In this document: piece by piece, positions 19,081 through 27,699 of the stretch
Layout of the letters: each line of letters opens with the position of its first letter
How positions within the stretch are numbered: the stretch's first letter is position 1
Assembly: GCA_942492375.1 (NCBI GenBank)
Contig: CALOEL010000018.1
Coordinates: 22,706 to 86,705, forward strand
Direction: 5' to 3'
Source: an uncultured Alphaproteobacteria bacterium
GTDB taxonomy: Bacteria; Pseudomonadota; Alphaproteobacteria; Rhodobacterales; Rhodobacteraceae
DNA length: 64,000 nt
Notes under the pieces: generated by a model
What the model was told of the DNA's origin: nothing
Database searches by the model: none
What the model saw: the letters and a program-made list of their open reading frames with translations, nothing else
Position numbers and translations under genes: made by a program

Positions 19081-21099
19081 TCAGAGCAGGTTCTCGACCT
19101 GTGCGACGACGTTTTCCGCCGTGATGCCGAATTTTTCGTACAGCACCGGGGCAGGGGCGGAGGCACCGAAGCTGTCCATCCCGACGAAGCCAGCCTTCGC
19201 CTCGCGGCCGCGCTCGCCCAGGAGCCACCGGTCCCAGCCCTGACGGACACCGGCCTCGACGGCAACGCGGACCGGACCCGCGGGCAGGACCTTGCGGCGG
19301 TAGGACTCGTCCTGATCAGCGAAAAGCTCCGTACAAGGCATCGAGACAACACGGGTGCCGATGCCTTTGCCTTCGAGGATCTCGCGCGCCTTCAGAGCGA
19401 TTTCCACCTCCGAACCCGTCGCGATCAGGATCGCCTGACGCTTGCCCCCGGCCTCTGCCAGAACATAGGCGCCCTGGGCGGTCAGGTTCTTGAGCTTGTG
19501 CTCGGTCCGCACCGTCGGCAGGTTCTGCCGCGACAGCGCCAGCACCGAGGGCGTCTTGGTCGACGTCAAGGCAAGCTCCCAGGCCTCTGCGGTTTCGACG
19601 GTGTCCGCGGGCCGGAATGTCCAGCTGTTGGGAGTTGCCCGGCAGATCGCCAGATGCTCGATGGGCTGATGGGTCGGACCATCCTCGCCCAGCCCGATGC
19701 TGTCATGCGTCATGACGAAGACCGTGGGTGCCTGCATCAGCGAAGCCAGGCGCACGGCGCCGCGGGCATAGTCCACGAAGGTCAGGAAAGTGCCGCCATA
19801 GGGGCGGATGCCGCCATGCAGCACCATGCCGTTCATCGCGGCGGCCATGCCGTGTTCCCGGATCCCGTAATGGATATAGCGCCCCTTGCGGTTCTCGGGG
19901 CTGAAGATGCCGAGATCGGCGGTCAGGGTGTTGTTGGAACCGGTCAGGTCGGCGGAACCGCCGATGGTTTCGGGCATGATCGGGTTCACGACTTCCAGAA
20001 CCATTTCCGAGGATTTGCGTGTTGCGACCTTGGGCCCTGTCTCGGTGATCTGCTTTTTCAGCGCCTTGATGGTTGCCGACAGCTTGCGCGGTGCCTCGCC
20101 GGAGATAACGCGGTCGAACTCCTTCTTGCGGTTGTCCGAAAGCGCATCGAATCTTTCCTGCCAATCCGCCCGGTCGGACGAACCGCGCGCGCCGATCTCT
20201 TCCCAGGCCGACTTGATGTCCGCCGGGATCTCGAAGGCCGGATGGGTCCAGCCGTAGATATCGCGAACCTTCGCGATCTCTTCCGGTCCAAGCGGCGAGC
20301 CATGCGCCTTCGCGGTGTCCTGCTTGGCGGGAGAGCCGAAACCGATATGCGTCTTGCAGTCGATCATCGTCGGCTTCTTGGATTTCCTGGCGGCGGTCAG
20401 CGCCTCGTCGATCTCGACCGGATTGTGGCCGTCGCAGGACAGGACCTGCCAGCCGGCGGCCTGGAAGCGCTTCTTCTGGTCGGTCACATCGGACAGCGAC
20501 ACCTTGCCGTCGATCGTGATGTCGTTGTTGTCCCAAAGGACGATCAACCTGGACAGCTTCTGATTGCCGGCAAGTCCGATCGCCTCGTGGCTGATACCCT
20601 CCATCAGGCACCCATCACCCGCGATTACATAGGTGTAGTGGTCCACGACCTTGCGCCCGAAGCGCGCGCGCAGCATCTCTTCGGCCAATGCGAAGCCGAC
20701 GGCGTTGGAAAGCCCCTGACCCAGCGGGCCGGTCGTCGTTTCGATTCCGTCAGCCAGGAAATTCTCGGGGTGGCCTGCGGTCCTTGCGCCGAATTGCCGG
20801 AAGTTCCGGATTTCGTCCATCGTGATCTGTTCGTATCCGGTCAGGTGCATCAGCGCGTAGAGCAGCATCGAACCATGGCCCGCCGACAGGATGAACCGGT
20901 CGCGATCAGGCCAGTCCGGTGCCTTCGCATCGAATTTGAGATGTTTTTCGTAAAGAACCGTTGCAACGTCGGCCATGCCCATCGGCATCCCCGGATGCCC
21001 CGAATTCGCAGCCTGAACTGCATCCATCGCCAGCACGCGGATCGCGGCGGCCTTTGTCCAGTGATCGGGATGCTCTTGACGCAGGGTTTCAATATCCAC
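19081..21099 (-). CDS. tkt: Transketolase
   Basis: ...[27 protein letters not shown]...[21 protein letters not shown] start at 21099 ([14 protein letters not shown]) preceded by GAAGGA. The ATG at 21147 would add codons atypical for this genome (GCT, TTA). Confidence 0.9.
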   Translation of the reverse strand: MDIETLRQEHPDHWTKAAAIRVLAMDAVQAANSGHPGMPMGMADVATVLYEKHLKFDAKAPDWPDRDRFILSAGHGSMLLYALMHLTGYEQITMDEIRNFRQFGARTAGHPENFLADGIETTTGPLGQGLSNAVGFALAEEMLRARFGRKVVDHYTYVIAGDGCLMEGISHEAIGLAGNQKLSRLIVLWDNNDITIDGKVSLSDVTDQKKRFQAAGWQVLSCDGHNPVEIDEALTAARKSKKPTMIDCKTHIGFGSPAKQDTAKAHGSPLGPEEIAKVRDIYGWTHPAFEIPADIKSAWEEIGARGSSDRADWQERFDALSDNRKKEFDRVISGEAPRKLSATIKALKKQITETGPKVATRKSSEMVLEVVNPIMPETIGGSADLTGSNNTLTADLGIFSPENRKGRYIHYGIREHGMAAAMNGMVLHGGIRPYGGTFLTFVDYARGAVRLASLMQAPTVFVMTHDSIGLGEDGPTHQPIEHLAICRATPNSWTFRPADTVETAEAWELALTSTKTPSVLALSRQNLPTVRTEHKLKNLTAQGAYVLAEAGGKRQAILIATGSEVEIALKAREILEGKGIGTRVVSMPCTELFADQDESYRRKVLPAGPVRVAVEAGVRQGWDRWLLGERGREAKAGFVGMDSFGASAPAPVLYEKFGITAENVVAQVENLL

Positions 21100-21293
21100 G
21101 GGGTTCGGTCCTTCGGTTAAAGCGAATGACCGGTTGATAGCAGCCAATTTCCGAAGATCAAGGAGACTGCCCCGGATCAGCCTGTCGGAACTGCCGCTTT
21201 CCTGCCGGTCGCCCGCCTTTGGCTTGACTTTGCGCTGGTGGATTCGGATTCTCGGCCTAAGGTGGACCGGGTGGAAGAGGGGCAGGAGCCGGT

Positions 21294-21776
21294 ATGAGTG
21301 ACATCACTGAACTGGAACGACGGATAAGCTCTGCGCTCGAGAGGATCGGTGCCGGGCTTGACCGTATCGGAGGGACCGGCGGAGGCGGGTCGTCCGAAGA
21401 GGTATCGCAGCTGCGCGAGGCGCTCGAAACCGAACGGAGTGCCAATTCCCAGTTGGAAGAGCGTGTTCGCGCGATCCGCGACCGGCAGGAACAGACGGTG
21501 AGCGCGCTGGAAGCCGAAGTAGGGCGCCTGCGACAGGCCGCTTCGGCACGCGATGCGGAGATCCAGAAACTCAAGCGCGTGAATGCCCAACTGCGGGAAA
21601 ACAATCAGGCCTTGCGCGAGGCGAATGAGCGGGGAGTCGGCGACGCGCATCTGATAAACAAGGCGATGATGACCGAACTCGACGCCCTTCGTACCAGTCG
21701 CGACTCCGACCGGGCCGAGCTTGACGCGGTGCTGGGCGAACTGAAGCCTTTGCTGGAGAGGGAAGCGAATGCCTGA
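21294..21776 (+). CDS. Coiled-coil protein, DUF4164 type, commonly found upstream of zapA in alphaproteobacteria
   Basis: 160-aa heptad-rich ORF (…[27 protein letters not shown]…). Its end overlaps the zapA start by 8 nt. Confidence 0.7.
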   Translation: MSDITELERRISSALERIGAGLDRIGGTGGGGSSEEVSQLREALETERSANSQLEERVRAIRDRQEQTVSALEAEVGRLRQAASARDAEIQKLKRVNAQLRENNQALREANERGVGDAHLINKAMMTELDALRTSRDSDRAELDAVLGELKPLLEREANA

Positions 21777-22164
21777 CGTGAAAATCACAATCGGCGGCCG
21801 CGAATTCGAAGTTGCCTGCCAAACCGGCGAAGAGCATTTCCTCAAATCCGCCGCCGCGATGCTGGATGCCGAGGCCGCGGTGCTGAGCAAGCAGATCGGC
21901 CGGATGCCGGAAAGCCGGATGCTGCTGATGGCGGGGCTGATGCTGGCTGACAAGACCGCCGGTATCGACGAGCAGTTGCGCGGGCTGGAACAGAAGCTAG
22001 CCGCGCAGGACAAGCTTATCGAGGAATTGCGGGGCCGGCCCGAACCGGCGCCGAAGACCGTGGAAGTCTCGGTTATTCCGCCGCAACTGACCGAAACGCT
22101 GGCCGAAATGGCGGCCCGCGCCGAATCGCTTGCCGCCGCGGTCGAGGAGAAGGCGGCGTCGTGA
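21769..22164 (+). CDS. zapA: Cell division protein ZapA
   Basis: [33 protein letters not shown]... matches the ZapA N-terminal pattern. 131 aa. Confidence 0.85.
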   Translation: MPDVKITIGGREFEVACQTGEEHFLKSAAAMLDAEAAVLSKQIGRMPESRMLLMAGLMLADKTAGIDEQLRGLEQKLAAQDKLIEELRGRPEPAPKTVEVSVIPPQLTETLAEMAARAESLAAAVEEKAAS

Positions 22165-22305
22165 GACGCATGCGGCAGTGAGCCAATCTGCACGCAGCCA
22201 GTCCGTATCGGGCGCAGATCGTGTCTTGCCCGGCGACAGCTCAAACAATGTCTGGAGCCAAGGCACCGAGGCGACGTTTCACGCGGCTTGCCGAAGAAGC
22301 TGACG

Positions 22306-22323
22306 GGCGGCGCGAATGCCGCC
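22306..22323. terminator. GC hairpin between the convergent zapA region and grxD
   Basis: GGCGGC-GCGAAT-GCCGCC lies 3 nt from the grxD stop. Neither strand has a strong U tract. Confidence 0.35.
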
Positions 22324-22325
22324 GA

Positions 22326-22688
22326 TCAGGCGTTTGCTTCGCGGATCTTCTCGGCGGCGGCCTTGTCGTAGGTCACGCCCTTGGCCTCGAAAAGCTGATC
22401 GAGCTCGCCAGACAGGGTCATCTCGGTGATGATGTCGCAGCCGCCGACGAACTCTCCCTTGACGTAAAGCTGCGGGATCGTCGGCCAGTCGGAATAATCC
22501 TTGATGCCTTGCCGGATACCTTCATCGGCCAGAACGTTTACGTCGGTGTAGTCCACACCCATGAAGTTCAGCACCCCGGCGACGCGGCTTGAAAAGCCGC
22601 ATTGGGGCATGGTTTTCGTGCCTTTCATGAACAGGACAACATCGTTGCCGGTCACGGTTTCCTTGATCTGGGTTTCAGCGTCTGACAT
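22326..22688 (-). CDS. grxD: Monothiol glutaredoxin, Grx4 family
   Basis: CGFS active site (MPQCGFSSRV), WPTIPQLYVKGEFVGGCDI. 120 aa. Confidence 0.9.
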   Translation of the reverse strand: MSDAETQIKETVTGNDVVLFMKGTKTMPQCGFSSRVAGVLNFMGVDYTDVNVLADEGIRQGIKDYSDWPTIPQLYVKGEFVGGCDIITEMTLSGELDQLFEAKGVTYDKAAAEKIREANA

Positions 22689-22693
22689 TCGCG

Positions 22694-22936
22694 CTACTCC
22701 GGTGCTTTCGTGGTGAGGGCCAGCGCGTGCAATTCACCCGCGCTGCCATCCATTTTCCCCTTGAGGGCGGCATAGACCGCCCGCTGCTGCTGGACGCGGT
22801 TCATGCCCTTGAAGCTCTCGTCCACGACCTCTGCGGCATAGTGGTTGCCGTCGCCTGCAAGGTCGGTGATCGTGATGCTGGCGTTCGGAAAACTCTCGCG
22901 AATGAGGTCTTCGATTTCCTGCGCCTGGATGGCCAT
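22694..22936 (-). CDS. BolA family protein
   Basis: 80-aa ORF ...DGNHYAAEVVDESFKGMNRVQQQRAVYAAL...HALAL. BolA pattern and classic pairing with grxD. Confidence 0.85.
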   Translation of the reverse strand: MAIQAQEIEDLIRESFPNASITITDLAGDGNHYAAEVVDESFKGMNRVQQQRAVYAALKGKMDGSAGELHALALTTKAPE

Positions 22937-23014
22937 GGGGCGTCTCCGTTCAATCTTGCTATTGATGTAGAGTGCAGGGCAGAGAGGTGCAAGTGGCTGC
23001 CTCTGCCTGCCGTG

Positions 23015-25189
23015 TCAGGTCATCTCTTGGCCGAACGAGGCGGCAAAGCTGGCTCGGTAGATGCTCGCCAGCTCGTGCAGCGGGGCAGAGACGCTGCCAA
23101 ATGTCACCGTCTCTCCGCCGAAGCGGCCGACCGCCCGGATCGGTACGCCGGCCTTGCCCGCCGCGACCATCATCGCCTCGGCCTGATCGAAGTTGCAGGC
23201 GACAAGGTAGCGGGACTGGTCCTCGCCGAACAATGTCGGCGTGTCCTCGGTTTCAAGCTCGACACCGATACTGCCCGCCTCGGCCATCTCGAACGCCGCC
23301 AGTGCGAGGCCGCCATCCGACAAGTCAGCGCAGGCGCGGATAAGCTGATGGTTTTCCAGAATGAATTCGCCGTTCCTGCGCTCTGCCTCCAGATCGACCG
23401 GCGGGGCGTCGCCCTCTTCGCGGTGAAACACCTCTGCCAGCAGTGCAGATTGCGCGAGATGCCCGTGGGTGTCACCGATCAGCAGCGCCACGTGGCCCTC
23501 GCGGGCATGGCCCGAGATCAGCCGATCCTCGCTTTCCACAAGCCCGACCGCGCCGATCGTGGGGGTGGGCAGGATGCCGGTGCCGTCGGTCTCGTTGTAA
23601 AGCGAGACGTTGCCGGAGACGATGGGCATGTCGAGCGCCGCCACGGCTTCGCCGATGCCTTTTATTGCGCCGACGAATTGTCCCATGATTTCAGGCTTTT
23701 CGGGATTGCCGAAGTTCAGATTGTCGGTGGTGGCCAGAGGCCGCGCACCGACGGCGACGAGGTTGCGCCAGGCTTCCGCGACTGCCTGCTTGCCGCCTTC
23801 GAAGGGGTTGGCCATGACGTAACGGGGTGTCACGTCCGAGGTAAAGGCCAGCATCTTCGGAGTGCCGTGAACCCGGATCACGCCGGCGCCAAGGCCGGGG
23901 GCGACGACAGTGTCGGCCATGACCATGTGGTCATACTGCTCGTAAACCCATTGCTTGGCGGCGTAGTTCGGAGACGAGATCAGCGCCTTCAGGGCGTCGA
24001 TCGGGTCTGTCTGCGGAACGTCGGCAAAGTGTATGGCAGGCGTCGGGCTTTCGACCCACGGGCGATCATATTCCGGCGCGTTGCCGGAAAGCGCCTTCAA
24101 GGGCAGGTCGGCCTTCACTTCGTTGTTCAACATCACCAGGAAACGATCCTCGGCAATCGTCTCTCCGACGATGGCGAAATCGAGATCCCATTTGTCGAAC
24201 ACCGCCTTGGCCTCGGCCTCCAGGTCCGGGTTCAGGACCATCAGCATCCGTTCCTGGGATTCCGACAGCATCATCTCATAGGCGGTCATGTTCCTTTCGC
24301 GGACCGGCACCGCGTCGAGGTTCAGCCGGATCCCGAGATTGCCCTTGTCGCCCATCTCGACCGCGGAACAGGTCAGGCCCGCAGCACCCATGTCCTGAAT
24401 CGAGATCACGGCACCCGTCGCCATCAGTTCCATGCAGGCTTCCATCAACCGCTTTTCGGTGAACGGGTCGCCGACCTGCACGGTGGGGCGCTTTTCCTCG
24501 ATCGTATCGTCGAACTCGGCGGATGCCATGGTCGCACCGCCGACGCCGTCGCGCCCCGTTTTCGCGCCGAGATAGACGACGGGCATACCGACGCCGGACG
24601 CCGCCGAATAGAAGATCTTGTCGGCATCGGCCAATCCGGCCGCGAAGGCGTTGACGAGGCAGTTGCCGTTATAGGCGCGGTGGAACCGCACCTCGCCGCC
24701 GATCGTGGGCACGCCGAAGCAGTTGCCGTAGCCGCCGATACCATCGACCACGCCATTGACCAGCTGGCGGGTTTTCGGATGCGAGGGGTCGCCGAACGAG
24801 AGCGAGTTCATCGCCGCGATCGGCCGCGCGCCCATCGTGAAGACGTCGCGCAGGATGCCGCCGACGCCGGTAGCCGCACCCTGATAGGGCTCGATGTAGG
24901 AGGGGTGGTTGTGGCTTTCCATCTTGAAGACCACCGCCTGGCCGTCGCCGATATCGACGACGCCGGCATTCTCTCCAGGGCCGCAGATGACTTGCGGGCC
25001 GGTTGTCGGCAGCGTCCGCAGCCATTTCTTGGAGGATTTGTAGGAACAATGCTCGTTCCACATCGCCGAGAAGATGCCGAGTTCGGTGAAGCTCGGTTCG
25101 CGCCCGATGATATCCAGAACGCGCTGGTATTCGTCGGGCTTCAGCCCGTGGGCGGCGATCAGGTCTTCGGTGATTTGCGGCTCGTCCAT
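23015..25189 (-). CDS. purL: Phosphoribosylformylglycinamidine synthase subunit PurL
   Basis: [53 protein letters not shown].... 724 aa. Confidence 0.95.
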   Translation of the reverse strand: MDEPQITEDLIAAHGLKPDEYQRVLDIIGREPSFTELGIFSAMWNEHCSYKSSKKWLRTLPTTGPQVICGPGENAGVVDIGDGQAVVFKMESHNHPSYIEPYQGAATGVGGILRDVFTMGARPIAAMNSLSFGDPSHPKTRQLVNGVVDGIGGYGNCFGVPTIGGEVRFHRAYNGNCLVNAFAAGLADADKIFYSAASGVGMPVVYLGAKTGRDGVGGATMASAEFDDTIEEKRPTVQVGDPFTEKRLMEACMELMATGAVISIQDMGAAGLTCSAVEMGDKGNLGIRLNLDAVPVRERNMTAYEMMLSESQERMLMVLNPDLEAEAKAVFDKWDLDFAIVGETIAEDRFLVMLNNEVKADLPLKALSGNAPEYDRPWVESPTPAIHFADVPQTDPIDALKALISSPNYAAKQWVYEQYDHMVMADTVVAPGLGAGVIRVHGTPKMLAFTSDVTPRYVMANPFEGGKQAVAEAWRNLVAVGARPLATTDNLNFGNPEKPEIMGQFVGAIKGIGEAVAALDMPIVSGNVSLYNETDGTGILPTPTIGAVGLVESEDRLISGHAREGHVALLIGDTHGHLAQSALLAEVFHREEGDAPPVDLEAERRNGEFILENHQLIRACADLSDGGLALAAFEMAEAGSIGVELETEDTPTLFGEDQSRYLVACNFDQAEAMMVAAGKAGVPIRAVGRFGGETVTFGSVSAPLHELASIYRASFAASFGQEMT

Positions 25190-25471
25190 ATGGTCCCCCG
25201 GTCCGTTCGTGCATCTCTTAGAGGAGATGGGCGCGGGGGAAAAGGGACCGGGTGGGGGGTTTTTACCGCCGATGCGGCTGCAACCAAGTGGTGTGGCTGC
25301 GGATACCCTGGTCGGGGTAGTCTTGGCAGAGATCTGTTAGCTATCCTGCCCGGAAACTCCGTCGCCAAGCCGCCTGAACGCGTCCCACCCGTGTCGGCGA
25401 GCGATGTCCTTCAGTGGTGCTGAGCGGAGGGGTCGCGACTCTTGAGTCGCGCTTGTAGATGCCGGTGGTGG

Positions 25472-25500
25472 TCGACTTTTGCGACGAAATCGACTATAAT
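25472..25500 (+). promoter_or_regulatory. Candidate sigma70-type promoter for the ORFan
   Basis: -35 TCGACT (25472-25477), 17-nt spacer, perfect -10 TATAAT (25495-25500), about 55 nt upstream of ATG 25556. Confidence 0.45.
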
Positions 25501-25555
25501 GTTGACATTTATTGCTGACCGCTAACGGGTCGGCGCAATTGATTTGGAGCACAAA

Positions 25556-26398
25556 ATGAAGCGCATTTTTATTGCGGCATTGGCCGTATTCTCGACCCCT
25601 ATTCCCCTTTCTGCAGGCGATGCAGATTTCATCGTCAAGTTTGGAACAAGTCAGAGCAATCTCGGCATCTATGACTCCGGAAACTCCGACCTCTCGGATG
25701 CTCGCCCCGATGGCGCCTGCGGCGTTGGCTTCGGCGACGTACCGGGGGCCGATGAACCGACCTCGCTCGGTGACGTTTATGCTTCGACGGCCTCCAACGG
25801 ACTTGGAGTGACCGCGCCGTTCGACAGCTTCAACTTCGCCATTCTCAGGGTCTTCTTCAGTGGTTTCGGCGGCAATTGTGGGCCGACGCGAGTGCTCGAG
25901 AACTTCAACGCCTCTCCTATCGGGTTCTTCGACGGCGAAACGGCGCTTTGGGTCGAGGCGAACGGCTTTAGTTGGATCAGCGCCGAAGGCATCGCAATAG
26001 AGGATGATGGTTCTTCAACTCCCGGGATCGACTTCAATGCCTCTGGCGATTTCGTCGACGAACTCGAAGAGTTTGAGTTCTTTCTGGTCAATCTTGATTT
26101 GATCGCCGACATTGATCGAGGCGATGAGATCGTGCGAGCCGTCACAGCTCAGGTAGACCGGCGGGCCACCGAGATCACCGACACCGCGCCGCTGGTTGGC
26201 GAAACGTTTTCGGCGGCACAGATCGCGGTGCAGCAATGCGGTCGCATGACTGATTTCGCCAAGCGATATCAAAGCGACGCACCAATTCTCGTCCGTGAGG
26301 CAAGCCGGAGCATCGCTCAGGAAACCTGCAAAGTGGCTGGTCGGATGATCTCGCAGGCCGGTCTTGCCGCGCGTGTCGAGGCGAGTTTGAGCAAATAG
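25556..26398 (+). CDS. Hypothetical secreted acidic protein (ORFan, no family recognised)
   Basis: GGAG 6 nt before ATG 25556. Signal peptide MKRIFIAALAVFSTPIPLSAG, Asp/Glu-rich mature part. GC content and codon third-position bias are visibly lower than in neighbouring genes. Confidence 0.6.
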   Translation: MKRIFIAALAVFSTPIPLSAGDADFIVKFGTSQSNLGIYDSGNSDLSDARPDGACGVGFGDVPGADEPTSLGDVYASTASNGLGVTAPFDSFNFAILRVFFSGFGGNCGPTRVLENFNASPIGFFDGETALWVEANGFSWISAEGIAIEDDGSSTPGIDFNASGDFVDELEEFEFFLVNLDLIADIDRGDEIVRAVTAQVDRRATEITDTAPLVGETFSAAQIAVQQCGRMTDFAKRYQSDAPILVREASRSIAQETCKVAGRMISQAGLAARVEASLSK

Positions 26399-26464
26399 CT
26401 CTGAGATCTCGCTGAATGATCGGATCGGCGCACCAGGCGGCGTTGCAATGCCGTACCCGCCTGC

Positions 26465-26492
26465 AAAAAAGAGGCCGGGCAAAAGCCCGGCC
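26465..26492 (-). terminator. Intrinsic terminator (minus strand) downstream of the LysR gene
   Basis: On the minus strand: GGCCGGGC-TTTT-GCCCGGCC followed by TCTTTTTTG. 8-bp GC stem and a T6 tract. Confidence 0.7.
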
Positions 26493-26635
26493 AAGTCCAA
26501 CAGGGAGGTAAAAGCCGCTGAGAGTTGCCTCAACCATCGGCTTCACGTTGCATTTAGGGATGCCCGACGGACCCTTCAAGCAAAATTGGCCTTCTCCGAT
26601 GCATTGCTGCTATGCAGCCGCTGCATGGCAGAAGG

Positions 26636-27544
26636 TCAGGCGGTCTCGGCCTCGGTTCTCCGGCGCTTGCGGTGGGCGATGATCTCTTCCATCACGAAGT
26701 CGCGGAATGCCGAGATCCGCTTGGACTGGCGCAGTTCCTCGGGATAGGCGAGGAACACCGGCACTTCGTTCGACTCGATTTCCGGCAGGACCCGGACGAG
26801 ATCGGGGAAATCCTCGGTCAGGTAATCCGGCAAGACGCCGATCCCGAGGTCGTTCAGTATGGCCTGCAGCACGCCGAAATAGTTGTTCACGGTCAGCGTC
26901 GAGGGAATGTCGTAGGTCAGTAATTCTTGCACGAGGGTCGCCCCGGCCGAGACCTGCGGCGAGGCGGTGTTCTGGCAGATCAGCCGATGGCCGGACAGGT
27001 CGCGCGGCCGTTCCGGTGTGCCCTTGGCCTGCAGATAGGCCGGCGTGGCGTAGAGCCGCATCCTGACCGACATCAGCCGCCTGCGGATCAGGTCGGCCTG
27101 GCTGGGCTCTTTCATCCGGATCGCGACATCGGCCTCGCGCATGGGCAGGTCGAGCACGCGTTCCTCGAGCATCAGGTCGATCTTGAGGTCGGGGAATTTC
27201 TCGTAGAGCTTCGGAAGCCGCGGGGCCAGCCAGAGCGTGCCGAAGCCCGTCGTCGTGGTCACGCGCAATTCGCCGAACACCTCTTCCTCGCTGTCGCGGA
27301 TCCGCGCCGCCGCGGTTTCGAGACGCCGGTACATCGCGCTGGTCGCATCGAACAGCAACTCGCCCTGTTCGGTGAGAATCAGTCCCCGTGCATGGCGGTG
27401 AAAAAGCGTGGTGTTCAGGCTTTCCTCGAGCCCGCGGATCTGGCGGGACACCGCCGATTGCGACAGATGCAGGACATCGCCGGCATGGGTCAGGCTGCCG
27501 GCATCGGCCACCGCATGAAAGATTCGTAGCTTGTCCCAGTCCAT
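26636..27544 (-). CDS. LysR family transcriptional regulator
   Basis: MDWDKLRIFHAVADAGSLTHAGDVLHLSQSAVSRQIRGLEESL... (HTH_1 plus LysR substrate domain). 302 aa. Divergent from the oxidoreductase gene. Confidence 0.9.
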   Translation of the reverse strand: MDWDKLRIFHAVADAGSLTHAGDVLHLSQSAVSRQIRGLEESLNTTLFHRHARGLILTEQGELLFDATSAMYRRLETAAARIRDSEEEVFGELRVTTTTGFGTLWLAPRLPKLYEKFPDLKIDLMLEERVLDLPMREADVAIRMKEPSQADLIRRRLMSVRMRLYATPAYLQAKGTPERPRDLSGHRLICQNTASPQVSAGATLVQELLTYDIPSTLTVNNYFGVLQAILNDLGIGVLPDYLTEDFPDLVRVLPEIESNEVPVFLAYPEELRQSKRISAFRDFVMEEIIAHRKRRRTEAETA

Positions 27545-27640
27545 TTCAATCCGACCATTACCAATTGATACGCTGCAATTTGCACAGGATTACTTGGAAA
27601 AGTGGACGGATTGCAAATGCGCAAGTCAGAGGAATTCGTT

Positions 27641-27668
27641 TTGTAGGTCAGCAAATTTGACCTATAAT
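27641..27668 (+). promoter_or_regulatory. Candidate promoter of the indolepyruvate oxidoreductase gene
   Basis: -35 TTGTAG (27641-27646), 16-nt spacer, perfect -10 TATAAT (27663-27668). GGGAGG Shine-Dalgarno sequence at 27687. Confidence 0.45.
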
Positions 27669-27699
27669 GGAAGGCAGGCACGATGCTGGGAGGCATGAA

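Noticed and set aside
19066-21120. 684-aa plus-strand ORF
   Set aside because: Antisense to transketolase. No motifs, biased composition.
22727-25423. 898-aa plus-strand ORF
   Set aside because: Antisense to purL, bolA and grxD, which all have clear family signatures. Its composition is low-complexity Arg/Gly/Asp.
25190-25440. ZTP (pfl) or purine riboswitch in the purL leader
   Set aside because: The conserved ZTP elements (GACUGGCG ... CCGCCUGGGCA) are not present in the right order. Only loose fragments such as CUUGGCGA were seen.
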